In this document: in pieces, positions 50,701 to 64,000 of the stretch | How the letters are laid out: each line of letters begins with the position of its first letter | Numbering within the stretch: position 1 is the stretch's first letter | Assembly (NCBI RefSeq): GCF_008831285.2 | Contig: NC_045138.2 | Coordinates: 28,830,001 to 28,894,000, forward strand | From: Nymphaea colorata | Taxonomy: Eukaryota | Length of the DNA stretch: 64,000 nucleotides | Direction of reading: 5' to 3' | Program-made: the position numbers and the translations under genes | Notes under the pieces: model-generated | Told to the model about the DNA's origin: nothing | What the model saw: only the letters and a program-made list of their open reading frames with translations | The model's database searches: none

Positions 50701-53700
50701 ACTGACTAGATGGATCGGAGACTCGCAGTTGATTTCTGACACATTTGGGTGGAGGCCCAGTTGCCAGCGCCTCTAAATGCCAAACAGAGATGGACCAGAT
50801 GGTCTTGCGCCAGCTGCCTTGAGCTAGAGATGCGTTGAAGGTTGCCAACCTTTTTGGGTCGGAACCGAAACTAGTAGGGGGCAGGTTGGGATATGCCAAA
50901 CTGGGTATGACACAATGTGTAGGAAACAAGAAGTCTCCATTCGTGCTTATTAAATGACAAAACAATTCTTTTCAGGCTTCATACAAATAAAGATGATTAA
51001 ATATTCCTATCTTAGTACAAGTAATTACAAGTAGTTGACTCTACACACTTAGGACTAACTTGTACCCAATGTTGTAACTATCAGTTTCCATCTCGTATCC
51101 GAAACCTTGGCAGATGATGTGTATCACCAATATGGGTTGGCTTGTATTGGGTGATTTTTTAACTGTACTTAAAAATTACCTAATAATTAACCTAAAATAT
51201 TTAGTAAAAATAAAAATCTTAGTTTTTCCAACTCATGCGTCTGCTAGTATCATATCTCTTGGCTGGTAAATGCTGGTTCTGATAATGTTGCTTGTATCTC
51301 TTAGTTGTCTCAGGTTCAAGTTTGTCTATTGATATCTGCTTGTTGTAGTGTACTTACTGATGTTTTTCTTCTCTTTGGCTGCTTATAACCATACTGATGG
51401 TGGCCATGGCAGAGAATAGCAGATGAGAGAACATCAAAGACATTAGAGCTGGAGAACAAAATATCTATGCTTGAGGTAGGCTCTGATAACCTTGCAGAGT
51501 TTTAGGTATGGGAAGGATATTTTATTGAAGGCCACAATCTTGTATACTTGCGTCTGATCTTATTAGGCAGAATGTGCATCTTTGAGTCAAGAGTTGAATG
51601 ATGTAGAAGCTCGAGCTCGCCGTGGACAGAAAAAGTCTCCTGAAGAAGCGAATAAAGCCCTTCAGGTATGCCATGTGAAGGTTTTTTACTGAAACTTGGG
51701 TTAAAATAAATAATTTATTTAAAGAGAAACTTGGGAAATTATTTGAAAATGATTTCAATCCCAACCAATCTCATCAAATATCAATGAGTTACATTTAAAT
51801 CACTGAAATATGGTGAACAAATTTTCAGTATGCATGTTGGTCACTGTTTTCCACTTGTATGGCATTGTTTAATTGTTCAGACTCATCATAGAGATTGTCA
51901 AACTTGTTCATTAAAATTTTTGCCAGAGTATTGTTCTGCTTAGAACAAAAATTTACCAAGTCAGTTAAATTTTTCTATGCTTAATGTCTCTTGTGATTAA
52001 GTTTGTTACCTTATTTTCTTGGGTTTATGTATTGTCCACCAGTGCATTTCATATTTAGCATTTGCATCTAATAATTGTCCAATCCTTAAAATATAAGGTA
52101 AAGCATCTCTGTTTGGGTCTGCATGGTTTGATACTCTGTGCTTTATATTTAGTTTTGCACATTTAATGCATCTAATGTCTGCGGCTTTGAGGTTGCATTC
52201 TTGCTGGAAGTAAATGTCATCTCCATCTGTTGGAATTTGGATATGGATTTTTTTCATTATGTTGACTGTCCAAACAAAAGGCCATTTTATTTGTTGATCC
52301 TTTATATCTCAATAAATCGGCACCAGTTATTGAATCCAGAATTCTATAATTCAGGCCTGGCAAGAAGAAGCAGAGCGAGCACGTCAAGGTCAGAGAGAGG
52401 CAGAGAGTAAGCTCTCCTCTTTAGAGGCAAGTAGTTCTTAATTCTTATTTTTCTATTTTTTCTCTCTTTTTGCCTTCATTTGCTTGTCTCGTTTTACTTC
52501 TATCACTTATTACAGAAACAGATGCAGTGAACCTCAGGAAATGTGGTGGATTCACACCTGTAATATAATTGGAATGACGTATATGCTGGTTTCACATTTA
52601 TATCAGCTTAGCCGATATTCTGAGTTGTTATGCTTATGCGCTTATAATGTTGAGATGTTTCCCAAAAACATGTGCAAGAAAATGATATTGCTGGTTAGTA
52701 GTTGCATGTCCCACGAGAATTATATGGTGCATTGGATGGAGGATTGCTCACGATCCTTGTTCATCCTCTGAAAATGCCTCTATTGCCATTTTTTTGTCAA
52801 TCCTGTAAGCAACTTGTATCCCTTGGAACTGTATGAGCCAAGTATTTCAACGCATTGTGGTGCCTTAAGCAAACCATCTTGCTATAATTGTTGCTTTCAG
52901 CTCTTTTTCCAACACCACCTTGGCTGAATCCTAACAGCACCACAACACATTTTATATCATATGCACTGTATCCCACCCATTCCTACCTATTCTTTAATTA
53001 TATTGCTAGGAAGAAATTTTTGCAAAGTAAAAATTTACCCATGAGATTGCCATGTACTGACATACATGTGATGCAACTTGGAGATAAACATGAGGTGTGA
53101 TTTGCCTTAGGAAGGCCACGTTTCTTTGAACAGGCTGAGATGCAAAAGATGAGAGTGGAAATGGCAGGCATGAGAAGAGATGCTGAGCATTACTCACGGC
53201 AGGTGGGTTGCTTTTGTTATGTGTCCTTCTTTATAATGTATTTTTTTTTCCTTCCTTGCAAGCCAGTTTGATATGGTTTAACATTCGTTGTTTTAATCGA
53301 CTTTCTCAGCTTTAACAGCCTGAGATGAATTTATTTTATGGCTTTGACCTGTTTCTTCATCTAAATTCTTAATCCTGTTAAACTTGATGGCATTTTATTT
53401 CAGTATTTTGCTTTTCTACAAGTTTTTTTTTTTTGTCCCTTGGGGAAAGATTTCATTAAGAGAGCTGTGCAATCAACTGCAAGTTATTCTTGTGAAAGAT
53501 TCTTTGTCAGTCCATGGAGTGAACATAGTTATTTTACCTTACAAATCACCTATAATTTGTATCTCAACAGTGTTTGTATTTGGAAAGGATGGAATTTTCT
53601 CACCATCAGCTTTGTGCAACTTGCTAATCTCAGATTGAGCAGCTTTACTCTCCAAGAGGGAATGTAAGGTTTTTGCTCCTATTTTCTTCATGTCTTGCTT

Positions 53701-56700
53701 TCAGGTGGTGTCTTGGTCCATCTGCTGCCGATGCTCCTACTAATTCTTTTTGCACAAAAAAGAATCGAAGCACTAATTCTCTGACTTTAGGGTAGAGAAC
53801 CAAAGACTTGTGAAGCTGATCCATTTACCTGACATCAGTTTTGTGGGTTTAGACATCACTTTGTGGATATTTTGCAAATTTTATGTTACTGCATCAACAC
53901 TGAACATTTTGCTTGTTCACCTCTGAAGAGAAGTGAAAGAGAAGATATGCTAGCAGTAATAGTTGCAGAGCATTGTGAATGCATAAATTAGTTCAATGTG
54001 TGGCCTTGATTTTTAATTTTGATTTTTATTTTTGGACAAGTCCTTATTTTGTGTTTTCATGGGCATGGAGCAGGAGCACATGGAACTGGAAAAGAGATAC
54101 CGTGAATTAACTGATCTATTGGTATGTTGGAACATACTGATTTTTATTTTCATTGTCCTACCGGTTTCTCTTAAATTAACAAGGGTGATCATCTTGTGAA
54201 GTACTTGAAGCAAACACAGCTAGAAACCGTGGCTAGTGAGAAAGCTGCAGCCGAGTTCCAACTGGAGAAAGAAGTCAAGCGTCTAAGAGAAGCCCAGGTT
54301 GTTCATGGGCTGTAGAATTTGGTTTTCCTAAGATGTTTTTTGCTTTTCTTTTCCCTCTTTCATATTGAATGAAGCATGATTGAGCAGGTGGAGGTGGAGA
54401 GGAGTAAAGCTTTACGTCGTGCATCAACTCCATGGGAAGAGGAAACTGATGTGAAAGCACTTGAGTATGGTTTTCTTTTGGCAATTTTTTTTTGTCCTTC
54501 CAGAATGTTTTTTTTGCATCCTTTTGTTCTAAATTATTTCTTTATTTTTGTGTTTAAATGGGATATTTTTATTTGTGGATATTTGTCTTTTTAATGTTTG
54601 TGTTTTAATCTCATGTAAATCACCTTGTATCGTTACATATATTTTCAGCAGTATAGCTGCATGTGGATGACACTATTTTTCTGCCTTAATGCTACAGAGA
54701 TTGTCCTGTGACTGTCACATGTTTCCTTAACAAATGGGAAGAGGTGATTGAGAGTGACTAGCTGAATGGGTTCTCACCCATAGATGGTGTATTCTGAAGC
54801 TAGCTTTCAGTGAATGTTTTTTTTATCATATCCAAGTGAGGCCACCTAGAATGACAAATTGACAATATTAGATAAGGAAGGTTAGACCACTTATGGTATT
54901 TTGTAGGCCTATTGGACATCAAATTGGGAGGATCACCTTATAGCCAAAAGCACTGCAGCCAAAAGTAGGCCACTCTTTATCATCGGTCGAGTCCACCTTA
55001 TGCCACTCATCTAATGTTCCTTGAAGGTATATGGCCAACCAAGAGTGTGTATGCCTGTGAAGATGTATTTCCCTGCAGTTTCACATTGGTCAACCCAAAA
55101 TAAAAATCAATGCTTGTAGACTCTTATGTAAAGTTTCTCTAATTTACGATAAGGTTAATTGACCGTGCAAGATTTGATTGGTTGTGTATGTCACTAATAG
55201 CAAAGATCTATTGCCTTTGAATCATCTTTGGTAAGTCTCTTCTAATGCATGTATCCTAGTAGCTCTAACACTGTACCAAAATATATTCAGGTCTCTCCCA
55301 TTGCACCACCGTCACATGGTTGGAGCAAGTATGCAGGTTCTTATCTCTCTTGCAAACTCACACTGACATGTAGGTCTTTTATGAATGTTTTTATCAAGTG
55401 TTAATGCCTAATGACATAGAGGTGGTCTATACAGCTGCAGAAGGCTGCAAAATTCTTGGATTCAGGTGCTGTTCGTGCCACTAAGTTTCTTTGGAGATAT
55501 CCTGTTGCTCGAATTATTTTACTCTTCTACTTGGTAAGAGTGATTCGTCTCTTTATGAACCAACCCCCTTGGTCCTCTTACAGGAGCATCATTTGAAGTC
55601 TCTGGCTAAACTGTCTCTTTTGTTGGGGTTCTTCCAGGTGTTTGTCCATGTTTTCCTGCTGTACTTGTTGCATCGCTTACAGGTATACTGCTGACTGATG
55701 TTTTTATCTTATGCTTGCTCATGGGGTTGGTAATTTTGTGCTCACATGATGCAGTCCAAGGCATTCTCTTAATTGAGAAAGTTTTTTTCCTTTGCTGGCA
55801 TTGATTATCTCTATGCATCATAATGAAGATTTAGTTTCCAGAATATAAAACCTGAGCATTTTTATTTTGTATATGTGAAACACACACATATCGGACACAA
55901 GGAAGAAGCTTTCCTCAACTGTTCCACTACTTTCTGGGGTTATTATTTCTCAATCCCTGTTTCTCATTCAGTTGGTTGGTTTAAACTTCAAACAAGGACT
56001 TGTCACTGGCTTCAATGTAGATCAAATCATTAATTTGCTTGATTGATTTCGTTGAACATGTCAGACATTGCTGGTTCACTGCAAAAAAAAAAAAAAAAAG
56101 GAATTTGGCATCAGTAGGTTCCCACATATGGGTTGTCAATGGGAAAATTTATGTGCCAAAATCGGTGTATCTCAGTGGGCATTTGAAACTTTGAAACCAG
56201 GGAAAAAATAGGTTGACTTTTTTCTCTAGTGTATGATGCCCAGAAGAAATAGTGGGGCTCCCTCCACGGGTTTTCTGGATTTTTAAACCATGATCATTGT
56301 AAAGTTTGAAAAAGGTCCAGTGCACTTGTTAGGCTACTGCATGGTGCTGAAAAGTTTTACTGAGTCAGTATCCTGAGAAAAATTTTCTTGTTTTCACTTC
56401 CATCCAGTGACAGCTCAACTGTAGGAACCCAAATCAAAGCAGTGAATAACATAACCGTATTTTACATTATAAGGTCTCCAAGTTATGATAATGCTGCAAG
56501 TCTGCAACCATAGGTGCCATAAGGTGAGATGGAGTTTAAGATGCACATTTCTACATAGTATACTCTTAAATGCAATCAAATTAAGCTACAATATCAGGTC
56601 AAGTCTGATTATTGGAACAAATATAACATGCAAGCAAGTCTGGTTATTGGAAGAATAGAAGATGCAACAATGGTTAGATGTATTATGGCGTCACTCTATG

Positions 56701-57594
56701 AAACTGATTTAGCACCATATCTAAATCTTAGGGAAATTAGAAATCCTTGTTTGTTAAGTGCACTTTCCTAATCTAATGCCTGCATCAAATATTGGTATGA
56801 TAGGATAAACGAGTGTGGCACAACCGTTGAATCACAAAGGAATCTCTCTTATTAGCTATGCCAACGGATTACCTCAAGTAAAAGACAATGAAACTAATGT
56901 CTTTCTTAGGGTTATTTCTTCTCTTCATCTTTATTTGTCAATGCAAGCCTTACCTTTTATCAGTTTTCTGCTTCATCTTACCTCGTAGGTGTTTCCTATT
57001 GACAGATAATTTCATCAAGCATGTCATATTCCACCTTTCCTAAAATATCTACATCCTCCAGTCCAGCGAAATCAAACTGATTCTTGTTGGTCATTTTAGT
57101 TGTTATTTTTAAATTTGCTTGAAACAATCCAGGCACAAACATTGGCAGTCAAAGGAATGACTCCATCTTATATTTGTGCGGAACATCCTAAGTGTTTGTG
57201 TAAGATAGGCTGATGGTAAGATCTCGCCTATAGATATGTTGTCTTCATTGATGACAAAGGCCTCTAACCCGTTGAACATGTTGGACTTCCCTGTCTGGGT
57301 GGTCCTCGTTTGCTGTTTCCTTTGTCTGGTTGTCCTTTAATTTCATCCCCTCACCCCCGCACATCCACCAGGAAAATTTATCCACAATTTTGGTCCTTGA
57401 CAAAGGACTGAAACCCCAGTCAGTTAGGAAAATCTTCTGTACATAGCTTGAATACTGACCCTGTCTTTCGCTAGGTCATGGCTATCGCCATCTTTGATCT
57501 TTAATTTTTCATATTTCAGGATCAAGCAGATAATTATCTGTCGTCTCAAGGAGTTACAGATCCAATGGGGCTTGTCAAGCCAGAGCTGCCATAA
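36784..57594 (+). CDS. GC1: Golgin candidate 1 / golgin-84 homolog (coiled-coil Golgi tether with C-terminal TM), about 21 exons
   Basis: Start [20 protein letters not shown] (36784, 37934). Motifs [89 protein letters not shown], and [48 protein letters not shown]. Last exon 57520-57594. One GC-AG intron (donor at 52427). Confidence 0.93.
42331..44542 (-). mobile_element. Non-autonomous LTR retrotransposon, copy B (same family as 29588-32130), in GC1 intron 10
   Basis: 5' LTR 44338-44542, PBS (minus strand TGTTATCAGAGCC, 44324-44336), PPT and 3' LTR 42331-42572. TSD GATTC/TATTC. The LTR and 3' internal sequence clearly match copy A. Confidence 0.88.
44646..44724. repeat. Compound microsatellite (ATT)n..(CAA)n
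   Basis: Directly visible between the two LTR elements. Confidence 0.9.
44974..50397 (+). mobile_element. Full-length Ty1/Copia LTR retrotransposon (short-LTR, Ale-like), disabled gag-pol, in GC1 intron 10
   Basis: 248-bp LTRs at 44974-45221 and 50150-50397 (one C/T mismatch seen). Perfect TSD CCCAT. PBS TGGTATCAGAGCC at 45222-45234. PPT GAGGGGGAG. Confidence 0.97.
45862..50155 (+). pseudogene. Copia gag-pol (gag CCHC, protease, integrase, RT, RNase H), interrupted
   Basis: Motifs [52 protein letters not shown] and [25 protein letters not shown]. Stops at about 46876, 47293 and 48207; frameshifts at about 47750 and 48975. Confidence 0.93.
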
Positions 57595-58009
57595 GGGTCC
57601 ATTCTTCAAATGTAGATTAATGATGACAGTGACATGGGAATGTCTGGAATCTCTCTTCCCATATATATAATTTTTCCTTCTTCGGTATTGCATTTTCATG
57701 TAAATTCATTCTTTTTCACATAGAAAAAAAGAGAAAATATCTGTTTCTAGTTTCTTGAAAGTCGGCAGGCGATATCGCCTTAATGGGTCTTGTGCCTGAT
57801 GTTGTGCTGGTTCGAATCAAATGCCATGTATGCGAGAGGCTAACTTTTTTTTTTTCTCTTTTTTGTAATAAAAATCTATAATGAATATTCCTGTTATGTT
57901 ACTCTTTTCATATCTTTTCTGCTTCAATTAGTTATGCTGCAACATGCTTATGACCGCATCATGTTTTTGTTGGTTGAGATATTAGTCATTCAACCAGAAT
58001 GCCGTTTGA

Positions 58010-58170
58010 ATTCTAATCACCTAGTAGTTGGGGTGGGTTCATCTCGCCTGGGATTGATCCTCCCTGAGACCGAGAGGTGTATATAACGTTCTTCGCGGAT
58101 CAGGATACTCACCAAGATTATTGAGGATGGAGGCTACTCTGCGACCTAGGAAAAATAAAAAAAAAGCAAA
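58010..58170 (+). mobile_element. Possible tRNA-derived SINE
   Basis: A-box-like TAGTAGTTGG (about 58022), B-box-like GGGATTGATCC (about 58049), a body of about 130 bp and an A-rich tail at 58151-58165. The TSD is poor. Confidence 0.3.
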
Positions 58171-61100
58171 ATCTAAACTTCCATGATGCATTTTTATATT
58201 AACCTTTTGAAGAACAACTCATTTAACTTGTTTTACGGTGCTCCAGGGGACAACATGGTAATGAATGTGGGCACCATGATAGAATTGCCTGGTTTGATGA
58301 TGATATTTTAATCTAAATTGCAATCGAGGGCTTTCCCATTTGCTGCATCCAGTCAAGAATCGGATCCTTACCTACATGATGAGGCTTCTGGGGGACTCGT
58401 AGTAAACTTTTCCACATTTAGACTTACAACAAATTGATTTGCACTAGCAAGCATTATGGGCTTAAAAATTCTTATTAGCTTAAAGATATTTCATCAGGTC
58501 TTTCACTAATTGGGACAGACATCTGTTTTCGTTGTTAAGGTAAATCTGTCTTTCGGTTATTTTAACCGTGCTAGCAGTTTATGATATTTACTTGGTAGGC
58601 CATTAGGTCATGGCATTACATCAGTCTATTTAAGTTGTCTCTTTATCCTTTGAAGGCAGTACCCATCCAATTGGGGTGGAGGAACAGATTCCATTGATAA
58701 ATTCAACAGTAAGTTTGCCAGTGGAGCAGTATTGTCAGAATCAGTATGAAGTTGCAGACTGACATATTGCACAGGCCCTCCTGTTTCTCTTTCTCCCCTT
58801 CTGTGGACTGCTTTCTAGGTTATAGCAGCAGGGTTCCAATTTATTTTATTGTCCTCGGGTAGCTTTTTTAAAAACAAAAAAGCCGGTCTGACACTCATCT
58901 AGTAATGACTAATGGGTATCCATCGGGTTGCCGCTCTTTTCAAGTTTTCTGTGTTGTTGAGCCACAAGAGCCCTCCGTGAACTTCTATTTTTAATACTTT
59001 GAAAGAATTAAATATATGATCTAAGTTGTTGAATGACATACAAGTGGTGACTTATCTCAATTCTTCAGTAGACCACAACTGCAGGTGCCATCACACGACA
59101 TTACATGCAGAAAATATGGAAGCATGTAGTTCATACGTATCGTATTAGTGTCCCTTGCAAATACGATACAGAGCGGATTCAGATTTTATACATTTTAATA
59201 GTTAAATCAATTAAAATATTTTCAATTAACTCTTTAATTCAAAAATGGAAAAATAAGATGATATGAGCCGATGGTGACAACTGATCTGACGTCAGTGGTG
59301 GAGCTAGAAAATTTCAACTAAGAGGCACTAATTGTTTTATTTTCAAGCTTTAGGGGGCACAAGTATATAAACAAAGAAAGATTAGTGAGACATCAATAAA
59401 GAAACAAAGGCAACTTTTGTAGACTGGTGTGGGCCACCTGCTTCTGCTATTGTCCGACATTCATACTGTTATTTCCAATACAGCAAATTGAATTTGCATC
59501 TTTTATAGCATTAACAAGATTCAACTGGTTGAGACAAAGCAAGGTAGGATTACTAAGCCAAGCATCTAAGTGCCCCAGGTCCCATTTGGGATTGATATAT
59601 ACTGCCAAAGGCCCAACTGAGATTGGGTCTTTCTGGATCCCTAAGACATGGAAGCAACACTAGGTCACAGCCGGGACATGCATGCATGTTCTGAGGCCGG
59701 GGATCCCACCCAGACTCAGACTGGACATTCAGAGTAAAGGGACCGTCTCCTTCTTAGATCTCGTGTTTGAGTTTCGCTTAATCCACATAAAAAAATCTCC
59801 AAGAAAATCTTTGCCAAGGAAATATTTCACCCCAAATTTAAGGTTGTTGAAGTGTAGAGCATGATCCATACTTAATAGGCTTCCCTAATGAGAGAGCTTT
59901 TAAGTAATTTTGTATTTGCCCTAATACCCATGTTTAAGAGGGGTGGTTATTTTTTCTTCTACTCATGCTTTATTGTGAAAGTGAAGAACTCTATGCAGAC
60001 ATAAAGGTAGTAGAACTTTGTCTTTGAACCACGTTAAAATCCTTGCATTCTCTTCTTCGTTTCTCCTCTTGGTGCGTGAGCGAGAGAGAGAGAGGGCCTT
60101 ATTCCTGACAAATTTCTTGCTTTCTAATGACAATTTCAGAAATACGTTGATATATATAAAGTAGATAATAGGGAGAAAATATGGAAAATGTAAACAATGA
60201 AAACGTAAAGCTGTCGTTATCATGTCAATTGATATCGTGATAGAAGTAAGCTTTTCTAAAAGAATGTTGTCCTCAGAGTATGGCCACTGCTATCACATTG
60301 GTATTTGGAAAAACTTGCAGTAAAATATCTGTACCATTATGAAAGTACGACGATATTGTGACTATGATTGTCTTCAATTGAATTCAGCCACCTTAAACTA
60401 ACTTGTGTTTGTGCTATAAATCAAGCAGCAATGTGCTATTTGAGTCCTGCATTAACTTTTGTCTATCATATGTAATCTATCTGCTTGTTGGAGGACTGTT
60501 TTAAAGTTAATAGTGCAGTTAAAGGGGCTCTACTTCTAATGTTCCAGAACCATTTAAACAGATTAGGTTTTAACTCATGACAATATCCACTACTTCTACT
60601 GTAGGAGTGAACTTTTAATGACAAGACAGATAGAATTAACAGGCAACAAAACTCTCTCTTAACTACCAATAATGGAAAATCAAAGGTTGGGACTCATTCA
60701 AAGGTACCTACCAATTTCTTTCTTTTTATCCTCTCTCTCTCTCTCTCTCTCTCTTCGCGTGCATGCTTGCGTGTGTGTATCATACACACACACTTACAAT
60801 AGATTTGTATACCTACAGTATATTTAACGCCCAAGTAGTAAAATATCTATTTTTTTTGAATTTTCACACACATTTTGATAGAAGCTATATCGCGACTCGT
60901 ACCAATCCTAATATCATGATAGTAAGCATTAAATACGGAGAAGATGAATATAATCGTCATGGCATTATACTGATCAGATTCACGTTCTAGCTTCTCTACG
61001 TACATACCGTGACCGATCCAGAATCTTTAAGCTATGGTAGAAAGTTAGAAAACCATATGAAAAATTCAATTTGCAGAAGGGCACAAAGGCAATCTTTGCC

Positions 61101-61926
61101 TATAAATATATGTGCGTCACCATATGCTTACAAGTTACAATATACTCAAATGCTTAGCAGAAAAGTTTTTTTTTTCTTTTCTGTGAATTTGTTGACATAT
61201 TTCTGATGATCCACACCCTTTGTTCTTCAGTTTTAGGCAAGGGTTGCTACACTTCTCTGACTTCAGGACCACAACGTTTTGGAGGATTCATATCATTTCC
61301 AAATTGCCCCACGGGCGAGTTCTAAACAAAAGTTTCTTAAATATTTATGTTGAGTAAGCAAGTACGGCACGACAGATGAATCTCGACGATAGTCTTAACC
61401 AGCTTCCTTCAACATCATGGAAACAAATATGGCGGTCTTTAGGCGGTTGCACCTACCAAAAGCCATAGAAAAACCAGCAGCCATGAATTGGCGTAGGGAA
61501 AAAGAAACTAAATTGGTGGCTGATCCTTCCAAAATTCTAAGGTCTATTACCAAATCTCCATGATTGCTTCGCTCATTCCATAATCAATGGAGACTCCAAC
61601 TTCCCAATAAGTTAGCGTGTGAAAGCCACCGGAATATCTCTCCAGTATATCTCTTCATGCAAGCCTTCTCTGTCCAATCATCGTAGCCTACAGGAAGTTC
61701 CCTTCATTTTTTATTTTTTAATAAACGATCTGGCGGCACGATTCCGGGATGGAAAGGAACAGCATTTTTTTTGTTTGTTTCTGTAGATACTTTCTTTTGC
61801 AATATGCATGATAACCTGAAGTTAAGCCTATCATTAATTACAAGAAATGTATACTGCCATGAAAAAAAAAGGATTGCACTAGTATCTCAACCAAACGAGA
61901 ATTAGCCCCTTTGGACGAGCTAGTTT

Positions 61927-62038
61927 CTTCGAAATGCACGCTTCTAGCTTTTGTTATAGGAGAGTGTTTAATTTCATTTGTGCTTCAAAATGCACGCTTC
62001 TAGCTTTTGTTACAGGAGAGTGTTTAATTTCATTTGTT
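61927..62038. repeat. 56-bp tandem duplication
   Basis: CTTC(G/A)AAATGCACGCTTCTAGCTTTTGTTA(T/C)AGGAGAGTGTTTAATTTCATTTGT starts at 61927 and at 61983. Confidence 0.9.
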
Positions 62039-62453
62039 CACCAAAGGCATTTAGAAGCACGAAAAGAATGACCAGTGATAAGCGTGGCTTCGTTCAAGCG
62101 GGTTTCAATGGGTCCGGAATAAGTCCATTTGGCATTTTAAAGAGCTCGTTTGAACTTACGCAATGGGCCGGCTTTGTAAGACAAAAGAAGCAAACAACTG
62201 GTCAAACTCAAACTTCTGTGGGCCTTAGGCGCTGGTAGCTGAAGTTCAATGGTTAAAGTACTAAAATTTCAGATTCATTCTTTGTTTCATGCAATTGATC
62301 TAAGGCATCATGCAAATTTATGTGGTTAACAAGCCCTTCGAACTTGAGTGATCGTCTTGCATCGACATTCGATCTGTTACCTGCAGGTACGCGCGTGTTG
62401 GTGTTCAGTGTTATACATGAATATGTGTTTTTATGTATTTAAACAGGTGGCTT

Positions 62454-62576
62454 GCATGCAGAGTGCTTGCAGGAAGCATGTGTGAGTGCGTGCATGCAGA
62501 GTCCATGCAGGAAGCGTGTGTGTGAGTGCGTGCATGCAGAGTCCATGCAGGAAGCGTGTGTGTGAGTGCGTGCATG
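62454..62576. repeat. About 40-bp minisatellite x3 containing RY (CATGCA) motifs
   Basis: Unit GCATGCAGAGTCCATGCAGGAAGCGTGTGTGTGAGTGCGT: two perfect copies plus one diverged copy. Confidence 0.85.
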
Positions 62577-64000
62577 AGCACCTGTGGTTGTGTCAAATGA
62601 ATTCGGTTGAAAACCATATTTCATCTTCTAATTAATGAAGAAAGACAGAGTTTGTGTGCAGGTGTATGGTGCGCATGTGGCTCCATGCGCTGAATGGTTA
62701 TATATTAAGGAAGTTGTGGCAGAGCTAGAGAACTCTGGCTAAGGGGAGTGCTACTTATAAAATTCTAAAGTTTTAATGTGCATCAATATAATTACTTTCA
62801 ACTATTAATATGAAAATAACCATTTTTCTTGGTTTGTGTGGACAATTGCCCACACAGTTTCTACACCTGTCTCCGCCCTTGCCAAGAAGCACAAACACTT
62901 GTGTGGCTGGGTGGGCCGTGTTTTCCTTTCTTCCTTTTCCCTTTTTCGCTCCTTAAATGCGTTGCATCGAACTTTTTTGCTTTGTTTAGCTTAGGCCCAA
63001 CAGCAAACTTTGGAAACAAGAACAAACAACTGGCACTCGGACACTTTCTGTTTAGAGAAGGTTAAGCTATTTCAACCCAGAAGTTCAAGTACCATCGCGT
63101 TCAATCACAACCCAATAATGTAGCAAGTACTGTGATGGCCTTTCATTAAACAGTATTTTTATAGAAGGTGGAACGTACTCTTATCAAATGGTAAAGCACT
63201 AGATTTGGTCTCCTCTCTGTATAATCTGCTTGATCAGCTCATTTACCATGCATCCTTTGGAGATTACCCAAGAAGAAGCAGATGCAACATTATTATCAGG
63301 GCCACAACTCCATCCATATTCATCAACGCATGCAGATCAACATGCCCCCGAAGAATATCATAACGCGAGTCCATGACATGACAACTCATTCTGGAGAGTG
63401 AGGATGGTGCACGCAACAGATATGCACCGGGAAGAAAGAAGTAGTAAAAGTTGCGTGCGCCGTTATGCATGCACAACTTATGCGTGCATTAAAGGGATAA
63501 TATTTTTGTAATTTAAAAATAAAGCATGTCATTTGGAATAATTTCACTTAGTGATTTTCATTTTTATCTTACCAAAAAACATGTCTCTTTTATGTGAATG
63601 AGGGGTTCTTTTGTCATTAACCTTTGTGGACCAAGTATGCTCATATAACCAACTTCAGAAAAAAAGGGGGAGAATTACAGTATTTTGGGGATTCTTTTTA
63701 AAAAGAAATGTCATTTTTTGAATTTTAGCCTTTTTACTGCCATTTTTTATCCTTTGTAAGGGACTCTTCTTTTTCATTGACCGGAAGGGTATTCTGATCA
63801 TTGTACAACCAACTTGGCTCATTCTATACTTCTAATTTCCCAAAGGCCAAAGAAGACGACATCTCACATGAAAAAAAAGAAAAAAACATTATAAAGAAAT
63901 CCCAAGTTGCCGATCACTTTCTTCTGTATTCTGTATGCCCCTTTCATTCTTAATGAAGACCTGATCTTGTTGTAGCCTTCAGGCAATGGTGGGTGGACTC

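Noticed and set aside
57790..57825. GGTTCGAATC T-loop-like motif
   Set aside because: No cloverleaf pairing around it, so it is not a tRNA.
61927..62576. Tandem repeats considered as a CRISPR-like array
   Set aside because: No unique spacers, eukaryotic context and no cas genes.

Overview
This is flowering-plant nuclear genomic DNA (spliceosomal introns, LTR retrotransposons, MITEs, microsatellites); the species cannot be determined from the window. I reconstructed five coding loci by hand. (1) An intact 4-exon hAT transposase (7682-10231, +) with no recognisable TIRs and a CxxH->CxxR change. (2) Directly downstream, a SAWADEE HOMEODOMAIN HOMOLOG (SHH1-like) gene (11201-17242, +) with an intact SAWADEE reader but degenerate homeodomain exons; one splice acceptor is replaced by an in-frame ATG. 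(3) A MUT9-like/HD16 casein kinase 1 (18852-24063, -) with uORFs. (4) A DUF3531 plastid-type protein (26722-34370, +). (5) Golgin candidate 1/golgin-84 (36784-57594, +). The introns hold a young full-length but disabled Copia, a deleted Copia nested in a long-TIR MITE, nested hAT MITEs, and two diverged copies of a non-autonomous LTR family carrying a homologous ORF with no recognisable gag/pol motifs. The best candidates for something undescribed are the hAT/SHH1 compound locus that may share one first exon, the ORF-carrying LTR family, and a covarying 12-bp hairpin abutting the Copia polypurine tract. All gene models and family assignments come from manual reading and recalled motifs; no database search was run.
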